Part shown: piece after piece, positions 1-10,851 of the stretch | Layout of the letters: each line of letters starts with the position of its first letter | Position numbering within the stretch: position 1 is the first letter of the stretch | Assembly (NCBI GenBank): GCA_003427395.1 | Contig: BFEA01000001.1 | Location: 5,392,203 to 5,456,202 of the forward strand | DNA from: Chara braunii | Lineage: Eukaryota; Plantae; Charophyceae | Reading direction: 5' to 3' | DNA length: 64,000 nucleotides | Position numbers and translations under genes: made by a program | Notes under the pieces: model-generated | Databases searched by the model: none | What the model was told of the DNA's origin: nothing | The model's input: the letters and a program-made list of their open reading frames with translations, nothing else

Positions 1-464
1 TGAACCAGGGAAAAAAAAAGGCCCGCACTGGTTCATTTTTTTATCGGTGTGCAAGGAACCTAAATGCCTGGTTAACCAGACCACACAGCGGATGCAGGCT
101 CCGAGGCTGAGCAGGAACCCCACTCAGCCCTAGTTGAAGCATGCTCGAACAAGCCCCGTTGTACAGGTACTTCGGGCGCTAGCTTGTAGCAGAGCTCCCA
201 CAACCCCCCCGTCCCCCTAGAACACCCCGTGACTCAACTGTGCCACCCGTAGCAACCTCTACCATCCCCCCTGGTGCTCTCCCTTCCTCGGAGCAGGACA
301 GCCCAAATCTGTTCTTGCCCCAATCCTGGCATCACCTCCCATCCACAATGATGCCCCTTCAGAGCAATGCGCACCCTAACCCCCCATCCCCGCATTGACT
401 AGGACAGCCACCCACTACCCCCTCTCTCTAGAAGTGAGCTATACGTGAAATACGTGGTGCATCG

Positions 465-794
465 GACCATCAGAATCTAACCCTGGACCTATCCCTTGCA
501 GCACACCGGCTCAGACCTACTGAGCTACTACATCAACTAATCTCTCTGTGGGCTGGGCTCGGAGACAAGTACATGAGGTGACAACCTATACCCAATGGAG
601 CATGCACAGGGGAGGTTGAGGATGGAGACGATACAACCCTCAAACACCACATTGCAATGCCAGAGCTCTAACCCACTGAGCTACCACCACTTGTCTCAAA
701 TTAGCCTTAATACCAATTGCCGGTGGGCAACATCCACCACCCCACCGCTTGTCGAGATTGGAACCAACCCCTGCCCTGTATGAGACCTATGACA
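465..794 (-). mobile_element. Repeat with two tandem tRNA-like (A-box/B-box) units, starting at an LTR-like TGTCATA; homologous to 44167-44630
   Basis: Minus-strand unit 1 (~690-625) reads GGTAGCTCAGTGGGTTAGAG...TTGCAA...GGGTTGTATC. Unit 2 (~534-465) reads GTAGTAGCTCAGTAGG...CTGCAA...GGGTTAGATTC. Both units and the spacer align by eye with 44352-44626. The element probably continues toward position 1. Confidence 0.55.
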
Positions 795-799
795 AAATT

Positions 800-1400
800 C
801 AAAGCCGAGAATCACCCACCACCACCAAAGAAGACCACACATGGCATCTTCAAACCACTCCCAAATGCCAGAAAAGCCTCCATAGAACAAGAAGAAAGGC
901 CCTGCCACAGCCAGGAAATACATTCCAAACAAGACAGATAGGCAGGAAACAAGAGTTGACAGAAAATGGGGACAAATAGAATCTCTGTAAACCTAGGCGA
1001 AAAGGAAAAAGGAACGGACGGACGACTGTGACAGTGTTTCGCCAGAGTTTTGAGGACGCTTCCGGAGCCTGATCCATCTGGAATCCAGCTGCAGGTGGGC
1101 ACCAACCACAAGCTCCCTCACAAATTACACTGCCAATAAACACCAAACACTGATGTTTGCTATCGTGCTGCGACCCCAGAGGCCTGAGGGCGTACTCTGC
1201 TTCCATGCAACTCCAAAGGCCTGCGAGCATAATCTGCTCCGATGCTGCAACCCCAGACACCTGAGAGAGCATACTTGCACTTTCCTGCAGGTATCCAACT
1301 GCAACCATGGTTGGTACTGGATATATCTGAGGTTGGTACTGGATATACCTGACCTCAAGTACTTCCAGGAATCAGTCAAAGAGTACTCACCAGGTTAAGT
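800..1400 (-). pseudogene. Possible highly degenerate L1/Tx1-like ORF2 C-terminal remnant
   Basis: Frameshifted pieces SKHQCL / LVPTCSW / GETLS resemble the KQVGLLW..AIPTAQWL..ETTAHLF motif of the remnant at 13.2-13.9 kb. Weak. Confidence 0.25.
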
Positions 1401-2665
1401 GTGGTGCTCCAGGGTTGGGAAGGCCAACAGGATCGCCAAAAAATGGTTTGCGAGCAGTGGTTGTTTGCATCACCAGAGCCACAAAACATGAAAAGACACC
1501 AGCAATGGAAATCTTGGGCAATAAAATGAGGACGGCCTTTCTCCAAACGAGAAAATAGAACGACGAAGAACTAAACCAAATAGCCAGCACTAAAAGAAAA
1601 GCAACAAAGAGCCAACATTCTCACAAAGGACACACATTGGCGGCATTTCTTTACATCGCAGAAAGCCAACATTATGAGCCACTCCAGTCATGTCACTTGC
1701 AGATGATTAACAAAAGTGCCTCTGGGAAACTTCAAGATATTTCATAGCACTTGTTTCCCAAGCTGGGGTGCATGTCATCAAGGTGGCTCATATCTAAGCT
1801 AATCTCAAAATAATCCATGCTTCGGAGTATTTGTCGCAACGGGCCATTAGAGTGCACATGGACTGTGTTTCAAGCCGCCAGTACGTTGCCCAGGCAAACT
1901 TGAGATTCGAGATCGATCCAATCCGCAGATTCCGGGTGAACAGAGCTACCAGACAATATTGACTGGCTGCGCCAACCAAAATAGGTAAAAAAAAACAATA
2001 AAAAAAACGCCATGCTGACATTTCAGAATGGAGCGGGAATCCACATCTGCCAAACGAGGCATGTATGTACTGGTGGTTTAAATCACCACTACCTCTGTTA
2101 GGCGGTTTTTTTTTTTGCCTGAGCTGCTTTGTTGCATACTCGTGAAACACAGTCATAAGTATGGCGCAGATTCCCAGAACCGACCAGATAATACAGAGTT
2201 GATACAAATACAGCGGAAGAGTTGATACCCATGGACTGACTCTGACCTGACCCGGACTGCAATCGAACACTCTCAATCATTCATCAGGGGTGTAAAAGCC
2301 CTGGCCTTAGACATAGACGAAAGGCCAGGGTCTGAGATCATCCACGGACGAATGGAGGGAGGAGAGAGACGAAGGGAGGAGGAGAGGGAAGATGACGTCA
2401 ACTCAACGTTTCCAAAGATAGTATCTTGAAATGTCAGAGATGGCGAAAGTCCGAAATGTCGTGAATACAATGTCCCACAATGTCTCAGATATCGATCTCA
2501 CAATGTCAAGTACATCTCCAGAGGCAGATGAAATCAGATCCCACAAGTAGTCCTCAACCTGTGGTCCCAATGTCGCCGTCTCCAATGTCATCAGAATTCG
2601 TAACCATCTTCCATACTCATCGTAGTCCCGTAGGAGAACTCAGAAGTAGACTACTGAGAAGGTAG

Positions 2666-2667
<2 letters not shown>

Positions 2668-2703
<36 letters not shown>
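2668..2703. repeat. (AG)n microsatellite
   Basis: Read directly from the sequence. Confidence 0.95.
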
Positions 2704-2705
<2 letters not shown>

Positions 2706-3562
2706 GCGGAGGAGGAAGAGGGAGAGAAGGAGAGGCCTTTTCTCCCTGGTACCTGTTCGGTAGTTATGGCGCTGCAGGGGCTGGCGCTGGGCCGCGGACT
2801 GGGCCGGTGGCTGGAGCTGGTCCTGCTGTGCTGGTTCCTCCTCGCCGCTGCGTTGGTCTCTCCTCGCTGCTCGCTCTAATGCTGCTGCGCTGCGCTAATC
2901 TCCTAACGCTGAAACGCTACCCTAATCCTGAAGACTAACTCCAACCTTTCTAACTTCTAACCTCCCTACTGAGGCTGGTACCCAGCCTTTTGTAGTGCTG
3001 GGCCGGCCTCCTACCTGCTGGTATCTACCGGCCTGGACCGTGGACCGTTGATCTGATCAACGGTGCAGTTTTAAAACTGGAATTTGGCACCTAAACGCGG
3101 CAGCCTCTGCAGTGCCACCGGTAGGTCCTATGCTGGACCGGTACTGGCCTTGTGGCCGTTGGCCTGGGCCTCTACCCCTGCCCTGCCTGAACCGCCGTGG
3201 TTCTGGCCTATCTGGGCCTCATCTGAACCGTAGTCCCTAAGGCCTACTCTGCCTACTTGGAACCGGGCCCTAACTGGGGCCCGTGTGGCTCAGAATGCCA
3301 CATGCTTGCACAAACATCTTGCCAACCAGGAACAAAATGGCTAGAGCCGCCAGCCAAAGAAATGTGCCTGCGTGCATTTGTTACTATTTTCGTGTGCAGC
3401 ACAATTCGCATCAGGAAAAAGAGGTAAGGAGGTACTGGCAGTTTTAACTTTTCTGTACCATAATAAATGTAGCAACAATGGCAAACTAGTTATGCTCTAC
3501 GTTACCAGAGTGGTCCGGTGTTTTTTCGGATTTAATTGATTTTTTTTTTGTTCAGTTTTCTT

Positions 3563-3642
3563 GCTAGGACCTTCCCTGTTCCTTGCACGGCCGGGCCGTC
3601 CGGGAAAATAGTGTGACCGGGACGGCCCAGCTGGTAGCCTAG
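3563..3642. mobile_element. Terminal segment of a non-autonomous DNA transposon (MITE, hAT-like TAGG terminus)
   Basis: GGACCTTCC...CCTTGCACGGC...GTGACCGG...CTGGTAGCCTA matches 50024-50100 in the same orientation and 48049-48118 inverted. Confidence 0.6.
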
Positions 3643-4566
3643 GTTATGCTTTAATAATCACAAGATGTGGCCAGCACGGCTTCGCCCGCGAGTTTTAGTT
3701 GTACTGAATGTTGTTGTCGGTTGCATTGACATTTGAAGACAGGACAATGAATAGTTAATGGAGAACGGCGAAGCAGGTAAGATATAAGCGAAAGGTTCCA
3801 CAGCGTGGCATGAACATCATGGGTGACAAGAAGTGGTAGGTCCACATGGCAATGGAGAGCACATTTCCGTGGCAATAAAGTCTAAGAATTATGCAGTAGG
3901 ATTACCATAGTCATCGAAGAATGGATTGAGTTCTTTCAGTGCGTTCATAGTGCATTCACATTAANNNNNNNNNNNNNNNNNNNNNNNNNNNNNNNNNNNN
4001 NNNNNNNNNNNNNNNNNNNNNNNNNNNNNNNNNNNNNNNNNNNNNNNNNNNNNNNNNNNNNNNNNNNNNNNNNNNNNNNNNNNNNNNNNNNNNNNNNNNN
4101 NNNNGCTCAGAATTGACATAAAATCGAAAATGAGCAGGTGTTCTGTCCACCCTGTCAAAGTCTGCGCACGTCTGAACAACTCTGATCGTCTACCTCTGTC
4201 ATGCACTGATGTCCCATTTATTCAACCTGTACGTTCAATGTGCATATTGCCTTGTGCATGGCTCTTTCGTACTATATAGGTAGCTGGCTCTTAGAATGTG
4301 TACAGTTCACTATGCCTGCTTCATGATATGATGGACATTGACGACAATGTCACGGAAATGCTTTGACAACTGAGGAACCGCGCAGTTTCTCATGGAGTGC
4401 AATCTCGGACGCTGCAGCGCTCTTGTAATCCTCAAACGTCGTGACTTCGTCATGGCCTTGGCGATAGTAGTCGACGTAGAGCATGGCTTCGAGTGCAGTC
4501 CATTTGTTGCTGTTCTGATTCTTTGTAGCCAACACCGCACTTATCTGCTGCTACCTGTGATTGGAA

Positions 4567-6367
4567 TCAATCGACGTGAGCGTGCGGAGAAATCCCCTCC
4601 AATTGTGTCAGCCAGTTAGCGTCTGCGGAGAGCGGAAAAGGAGCTTCAGTTGCAGGAAGGGAAGAGGCGACGTGGGTATTGATGGGGGTAAGCAGAAAAG
4701 GTGGCGGAGTCGGTGGCAAGAAGAGATGGCGTCGGGCGGGATGAGGAGCAGGTGGCGGAGATGAAACTGTTGCGAGGTCTTTGTTCATCGGTGTTGGTGA
4801 TGCAGTGTTGTGGTCGTTGTTTGTGCCCTCAGGTGCAGCCTTCTTGGCTTCCAATTGTTCTGTCCGCCATCGCACATATTCTAAACAAACCCAATGCTTC
4901 TGCGGAGTGTATGTGGCAAGTGGACATGACCTTCTGCATGCCCTAGGGTATGGGTTATCAACCCTGCATTCTTTAGGAAGCTGATCAGCCAGGAATTCAA
5001 GTCTGGCGTACCTGTTAATTTGAAATGGAACGAAATCATCGTGCAAGGCGTGCTTATACTTACGGCAGACACTGATGAGAACGTGCAGCGGTGAGGTGTT
5101 GTACTCCGATTCGAGGATCCTCCCGATGAGGAGCTCGGCATCATCAAGATTGCCATTATCGGCAATCTCTTTGCCTGGGCACTCAAGAAATGAACGTTCG
5201 ATNGTTCNCCTGGCAAGAAGNAAGTCTNGCCAAATGTGTTNTGTCNGCTCGACTCCCTGATCAAAGAAACGACGGAAGAGGAGGTTATTGAGCATACGTG
5301 GTCNACNTACATAGTCAAGAATAGCTGACCAGCGGTTAAACTTGTTACTGAGTTGATGATCAAGCTCGACAGTACGAGCTTTGTCCAGCCAGATAGGTGT
5401 TCCCCACCAATTCAACCGATGATACACCAAGGTGACACCGGCGCAGTATCCATTTTTGACTGAGGCAACTACCTTCTGNTCCACGGGTGCAGCATGTGAC
5501 GGCTGGTGGCGGGGGGGCTTTGCTGCGGGCTGAGGCGTGGATGAATCCTTGTGTTGGATGGTTGGAAGATGCTGATTCTTGAGCCAGCAGGGTGTTGACG
5601 GTGGTCGGTGTAATTCTGAGACGGGATGGGGGTTGAAAGCGGCTGCTTGCCATTGAGTTTCATGTTATCTGCTTGGGTCAGTCTGTTGGGTTGACTGTGC
5701 TGTTGGGTGTTGGGTGATGCTTGCGTTTGCTGACTGTGCATGTGAGGTGCATGCTCCGCANNNNNNNNNNNNNNNNNNNNNNNNNNNNNNNNNNNNNNNN
5801 NNNNNNNNNNNNNNNNNNNNNNNNNNNNNNNNNNNNNNNNNNNNNNNNNNNNNNNNNNNNNNNNNNNNNNNNNNNNNNNNNNNNNNNNNNNNNNNNNNNN
5901 NNNNNNNNNNNNNNNNNNNNNNNNNNNNNNNNNNNNNNNNNNNNNNNNNNTGCAGGGTATGGACGCAGATAAGTATCTGCTTGGGTCAGTCTGTTGGGTG
6001 GCTGGCTGTGGTCTGTATGACCTGCTAGTGCCGGAGGATGAGCTTGGGGGCATTGAAGCGTGTTGGGAGAGGTGTGTTGCTGTTGTGTGCGAGTGGATTG
6101 CGTTGTTTGGTTGTCATCTGCAGCAGGTGATTTGCGTGTATGCATGTTTTNTGCAGGGGTGGAAGAGGTGCGAGGATTGTCCGCAGGCGTGCTTTTGCGT
6201 TTGCCCAATTTAGATGCTTGCGTGCGATATTCTGTGTCCGAGGCGGACGGTGTACCATGGTCGTCATCTAAAGAAAGCACATCATCGGTGTCATAGTCAA
6301 TGTTCTCATCTGTGTTCCGCTGATCTCCAGTGTTAAACGTCGCGCAAGACATTGCTGCAGATGTCAC
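4567..6367 (-). CDS. Uncharacterised ORF region: low-complexity Q/T/S/P N-terminal part plus a ~220-aa globular-looking part, broken by an N gap; possibly transposon-derived
   Basis: ORFs 5678..6367 and 4567..5484 lie on the same strand, with a possible further exon at ~4350-4555. No recognisable domain. Scattered single Ns suggest a collapsed multi-copy sequence. Confidence 0.35.
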
Positions 6368-6419
6368 TCAGGGCTTTCTTGGCACTGTAGAGGACCTCAC
6401 AGCACATATTCTCCAATCC

Positions 6420-7845
6420 GATCACGGTTCCCCCATTTTCCCACAATGCGACCACACTTTCCCCATTTCCGACCCCACAATGCGTTCATTTACCTCGCGC
6501 ATCTCCGACCCCACAATTCGATCACGCTTCCGCTATTTCCCCCTGGACACGAGTAGTGCAGATGCTCCCCTCTTCGACTATCGCCGCAACTCTACCAACG
6601 GCGGCACCCCATTACCCTATCCCCTAATAAACGCTGGATGCAAAAAATACAAGATCCGGATACCTTCCCCACATCAATGAGGGAAATCGGTCACGGTCAT
6701 GCTACTGGTGGGATTGTCTCATGGAATTGCATATTGCTTATTTATTCATTTATTCGTCCCGTCGCGCAGACTGCATGCCCACCTGCCTGAATTTGCGCTG
6801 ATTCCCGAAATGCACAATTCCCTGACAGTGTCACGCTCGAATGGATTTCACAATACGTATACGTAATGAGTATACGTAATGACTATGCTTCTCTCCCGTT
6901 ACGTGGCATTCCCATCACCGCACGACTGTTCTCAAGGCCAGTTCCGTGAATCGTTCATCGTACCATTCCCATCCCGTTTCCCCCATTTCCCCACAATGCG
7001 ATCACGCTTCCCCCATTTCCGACCCCACAATGCCCTCATTTTACTCGCGCATCTCCGACCCCAGAATGTGATCACGCTTCCTCCATTTCCCCCTCGACAC
7101 GAGTAGCGCATATGCTCCGCTCTTCGACTATCGCCGCAGCGATACCAACGGCAGCACCCCATTCCTCTATCCGCTAATAAACGCTGGATGCAAAGAATAC
7201 AGAGATCCCGATACCTTCCCAATGTCAACGAAAAATAATAGTGCCCTGGCCCCCGATGCCCAAATGATCTCCTTCCCAACGCGTTGGTCATGGTCATGCT
7301 ACTCGTGGGATTGTCTCATGCAATTGCTTATTGCTTATTGCTTATATATTGATTTATTTGGTTATTTATTCATTTATTCATCTCGTCGCGCAGACTGCAT
7401 GCCCACCTCCCTGAATATGCGGTAATTCCCGAAATCCACGATACCTGACAGTGGCTGGCTCCCATGCATTTCACGATACGTATACGTAATGACTATGTTC
7501 CTCTCCCGTAACGTAGCATTCCCAACACCGTTACAAAGCAGTTCCGTGAATCGTTTATGGTACCATTCCCATTCCGTTACGTAAAATTCCAAAAGCACAT
7601 CGCACGCCTACGCATATCGCAAGTCGACCACACTGCCGATCCCGTCCTTTATTTATCGTTTATCGTTTATTTATTTATTTATTTATTCAGGCTACATACT
7701 CTTCAGCGTTGTCGCTGAATGTTCGCTGCATCACGCAGACTGCATACCCACCTCCCTAGACTTCCGCTGAATGTTCGCTGCATCACGATTCCCTAACAAT
7801 GTCAGGCTCCCATGCATTTCACAATGCGTATACGTAATCACTATA
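6420..7845. repeat. Tandem satellite-like array, ~560-600 bp unit, two full copies plus a partial third
   Basis: CCCCATTT(T/C)CCACAATGCG...CTCTTCGACTATCGCCGCA...TAATAAACGCTGGATGCAAA occurs at ~6430 and ~6980. CGCAGACTGCAT(G/A)CCCACC...TATACGTAAT occurs at ~6765, ~7390 and ~7735. Confidence 0.85.
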
Positions 7846-7855
7846 TGCCAGGGAG

Positions 7856-8400
7856 ATCCAGCGGCCTAGCTCAGTTGCTAAGGCATGCAAGTGGCATTCA
7901 GCAGGTCTTGGGTTCAATCCCCATTGGCCTCATGTACCTTCCTCAGCAAGCTTGGCGCCCGCCACCTAGAGATATACCCTTGGTCCCCCCGAGTGGCATT
8001 GAGCAGAGACTGCTGATGTTCATAGGGGGAGGGGAGGCACAGTGACTGGCCCATCGAAGAAGGTCCGTCCTGATGCTACCGCCTGACCCCTGGCCGGTAT
8101 CGCCCACCTGCTGTAGCAGGTATCTCACGTGCTAGTGGGTGCAGCTCCAGCATGTTCCCTCGTTGGAGGCTTGCGCACGGATGTGGCCGCTACGGGGTTC
8201 CCCGTAATACTATAATGACATACCTGCTAGTGGGTGCAGCTCCCGCATGTTCCCTCGTTGGAGGCTTGAGCACGGATGTGGCTGCTACGAGGTTCCCCGT
8301 AATACTATAATGACAATAAAAAAGGCCTGAAAGGCCAACCTGTCCAGATTCGACGGATAATTGAGGCTTAAAAGAATTAGCCTTTAAAAAAAAGAAAAAA
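7856..8400 (+). mobile_element. tRNA-derived SINE, ~545 bp, with A-rich tail and TSD
   Basis: Head ATCCAGCGGCCTAGCTCAGTTGC (A box) and GGTTCAATCC (B box). Internal ~95-bp tandem duplication at 8131-8315. A-rich tail ends at 8400. TSD core ACTATATGCCA at 7840-7850 and 8401-8411. Confidence 0.85.
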
Positions 8401-8764
8401 ACTATATGCCAAGGCAGCGGAGAGAGAGAGAGAGAGAGGCTCCCATGAAAAAACTATATGTCGGGCTGTGTCTGTTCACTCGTACGTTTTTTTTTTCTGG
8501 AAAAAAAGAAAAAAAGAAAAAAAGAAAAAAAAAGAAAAAAAAAAGAAAAGAAATGCATGGGAGCCGGACCACCAACAAAGAGAAAGAGAGAGAGAGAGAG
8601 ACGTAGTGGCAAATAGGTCGTGCGCGGGCAGGCAGGCGGCTGCGTGTGTGTGCATGCGCGTGGGGGGGCGGGTGCGAAAGCGCTTTCGTTGCGCGGAGGG
8701 TGGGCGCGGAGGGCGAAGGCGAAGGGCAAAACCGTGGAGGGCGGGTGCAGAGGTCGGGTGCGGA

Positions 8765-9032
8765 GGGCCGGCGCGAAAGCAAAAGGAAAGCAGTGAAACT
8801 CGCGCCCGAAACGCAAAAAAAGTAGGAAAAACAATAAGAAACGGCGCCCGGCGGAGGGCGGGCGAAGAGGGCGAAATCCGAAGGCCAAAGCGCAGAGGGT
8901 GGGTGCGGAGGGCGGAGGGCCGGCCCAAAAGCAAAAGGAAAGCAGTGAAACTCCCGCCCGAAACGCAAAAAAAGTAGAAAAACAAAAAAAAAAAGAAAAA
9001 AGAAAAGAAAAAGAAAGGAAACGGCGCCCGGC
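8765..9032. repeat. Two-copy tandem duplication
   Basis: AAAGCAAAAGGAAAGCAGTGAAACTC.CGCCCGAAACGCAAAAAAAGTAG...GAAACGGCGCCCGGC occurs twice. Confidence 0.8.
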
Positions 9033-10736
9033 TGAGGCATGTCAGATGCGACAGATGTTGTATCGGACGCCTCACGATCCATGCATCATCAGTTGAGATT
9101 GTATCACGGCGCGTCAAACGCGTCAGATTCGTATCCGACATCTCAAAATCGTTGATCGCACGGCCGAAGTTCATCAGAGGTGAACCGACACAGCCTGCGG
9201 CCGAAAAACTTTGTCATGTTGGTAGTGATATATCAGTCAGAGGTAAGGAACAAAAATGACAACCTGCCCATTCACCCTGACACCTATACAAGCATCAAAT
9301 GATGACCGAGGGCCCACAACCTATGAACCAAAAAGAAAGTCATTACATTCGCTACTCAAAATTATGCCGTCAATTCGGGACAGACGATACTGACTATTGG
9401 GCTGGAAACATGGTAAAAAGGGAGACAAATCATCAGGGGCAGATTCCAATCAAACCCATCGTGACAAAGGTCCTGTGGTGCACCTGGCCAGGGGAAAGAG
9501 CACATAAATAGCTTAACAGAATTGTCGATGAACAGATCAGCGATTCACATCTATCAGTCACGATCGCATTCCCGTGGAATGCCCTCCACAAAACAAATTC
9601 TCATCGGCCTGAGATTTGTGCCATCCGCAGTGGAGATTGGCCTGCAATCCAGGTCGTTCCTTATGACGCCTAGGGGTTTCTATAGTAGTGTAGACTCCCA
9701 TGAAGGTTAGCACGTTCCTGTCACTATACTTCTGATCAACCAAACGTGACAGTACGTTACACTACCTTTTTAATGATCCTGTCCCACGTCACAGTCAGAT
9801 ACATGCATGATAATCCTGATGTGGTTACACACCTTCATTCATTCTACATGAGTTTCTCAGATCTATTTGTAGACCTCATTTGTACTTGTCAAATTCGTAC
9901 ACCACTCACCTACTTAGACAAGGGCTGTCACACTTTGTGTCCTTGTCCATTAAAAGGAGCACTGATGTGACCTAGACACATTTATGATGTTTCAAAGATA
10001 GTCCATCCTTTACTTCTGCAGTTGATTGCACCACTTGAGTTTTCCACACTTTGACTGATTGCGTGGGGCAGGGGAAGGTGGTGGGTGCAGCGTTGATCAT
10101 GGATTGGCTAGTGTCTCACGATGTATGACTCTCTCTTAAACCACCAGTTCACCCAGACCTGCTAGTTTCTCAGCGACAATGAGAAAACAAAAGATCTTGA
10201 CTTGGGCGAAGAGGCGGATGCTGTTGATGTGAACGAGGGAGGAGGAGAAGGGGAAGACTTGCATTGACAACGGAGGATTCCTACTAACAACATGGAATCC
10301 CATTCTGTAGGACATAAAGTGATCTTTATTTCCAACCCTTCAGTCCTAGTAGTAGGATTTTTATCCCCCCAATGTGATAATTCGTCAAAGAAGGCATGCT
10401 GACGAACACTCAGAGAGTAGGCGCAGGAGCTCATGTTATGTGTGCTCCCCTCGATGCCTCGGAAGTGCATAAATGACTCTGCCCTGCCCTGCCATCACTC
10501 ATCACAAGCAAAACAGCTGGGACCCGATGACACTATCTTCGATAAGGTGGCATATTGCCCCCCCCTAGAGGAGCACACATAACATAAGCTCATGACCAGA
10601 AGGGGCATGGCAGACGGAGTGAAAGGCTTATGTTACCAGAGATGTAACCCTGCGGCTGCAAGTCTAGTAGCGCAGCGAGCTAGTTGGATACCTGATAATG
10701 TTCTGCACATTGGTTCCAAGAGTGCACTGCTGAATC

Positions 10737-10851
10737 TTTTTTTTTTTTTTCCCGACCATTTTCCGATTTATACGAGTCATCCCTCCTTGAACAGGGGCCA
10801 TGCTAATCTTTTCTTGATCGTTCCAGTTTATACAAATGTCCCCGAAGAGCA
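10737..10851 (-). pseudogene. U6: U6 snRNA retropseudogene with poly(A) tail
   Basis: Minus strand CTTCGGGGACAT...CTGGAACGATCAAGAAAAGATTAGCATGGCCCCTG...GATGACTCGTATAAATCGGAAAATGGTC followed by A14. It matches plant U6, but the ACAGAGA box is mutated. Confidence 0.9.

Noticed and set aside
2704-3300. Possible solo LTR or promoter-like GC-rich segment with palindrome CCGTTGATCTGATCAACGG
   Set aside because: No second copy, TG..CA boundary or TSD could be identified in the window.
7856-7930. Genuine tRNA genes here and at 31610-31683 and 56129-56205
   Set aside because: The anticodon stems do not pair well, and the copies carry long bodies, A tails and TSDs, so they are SINE heads.
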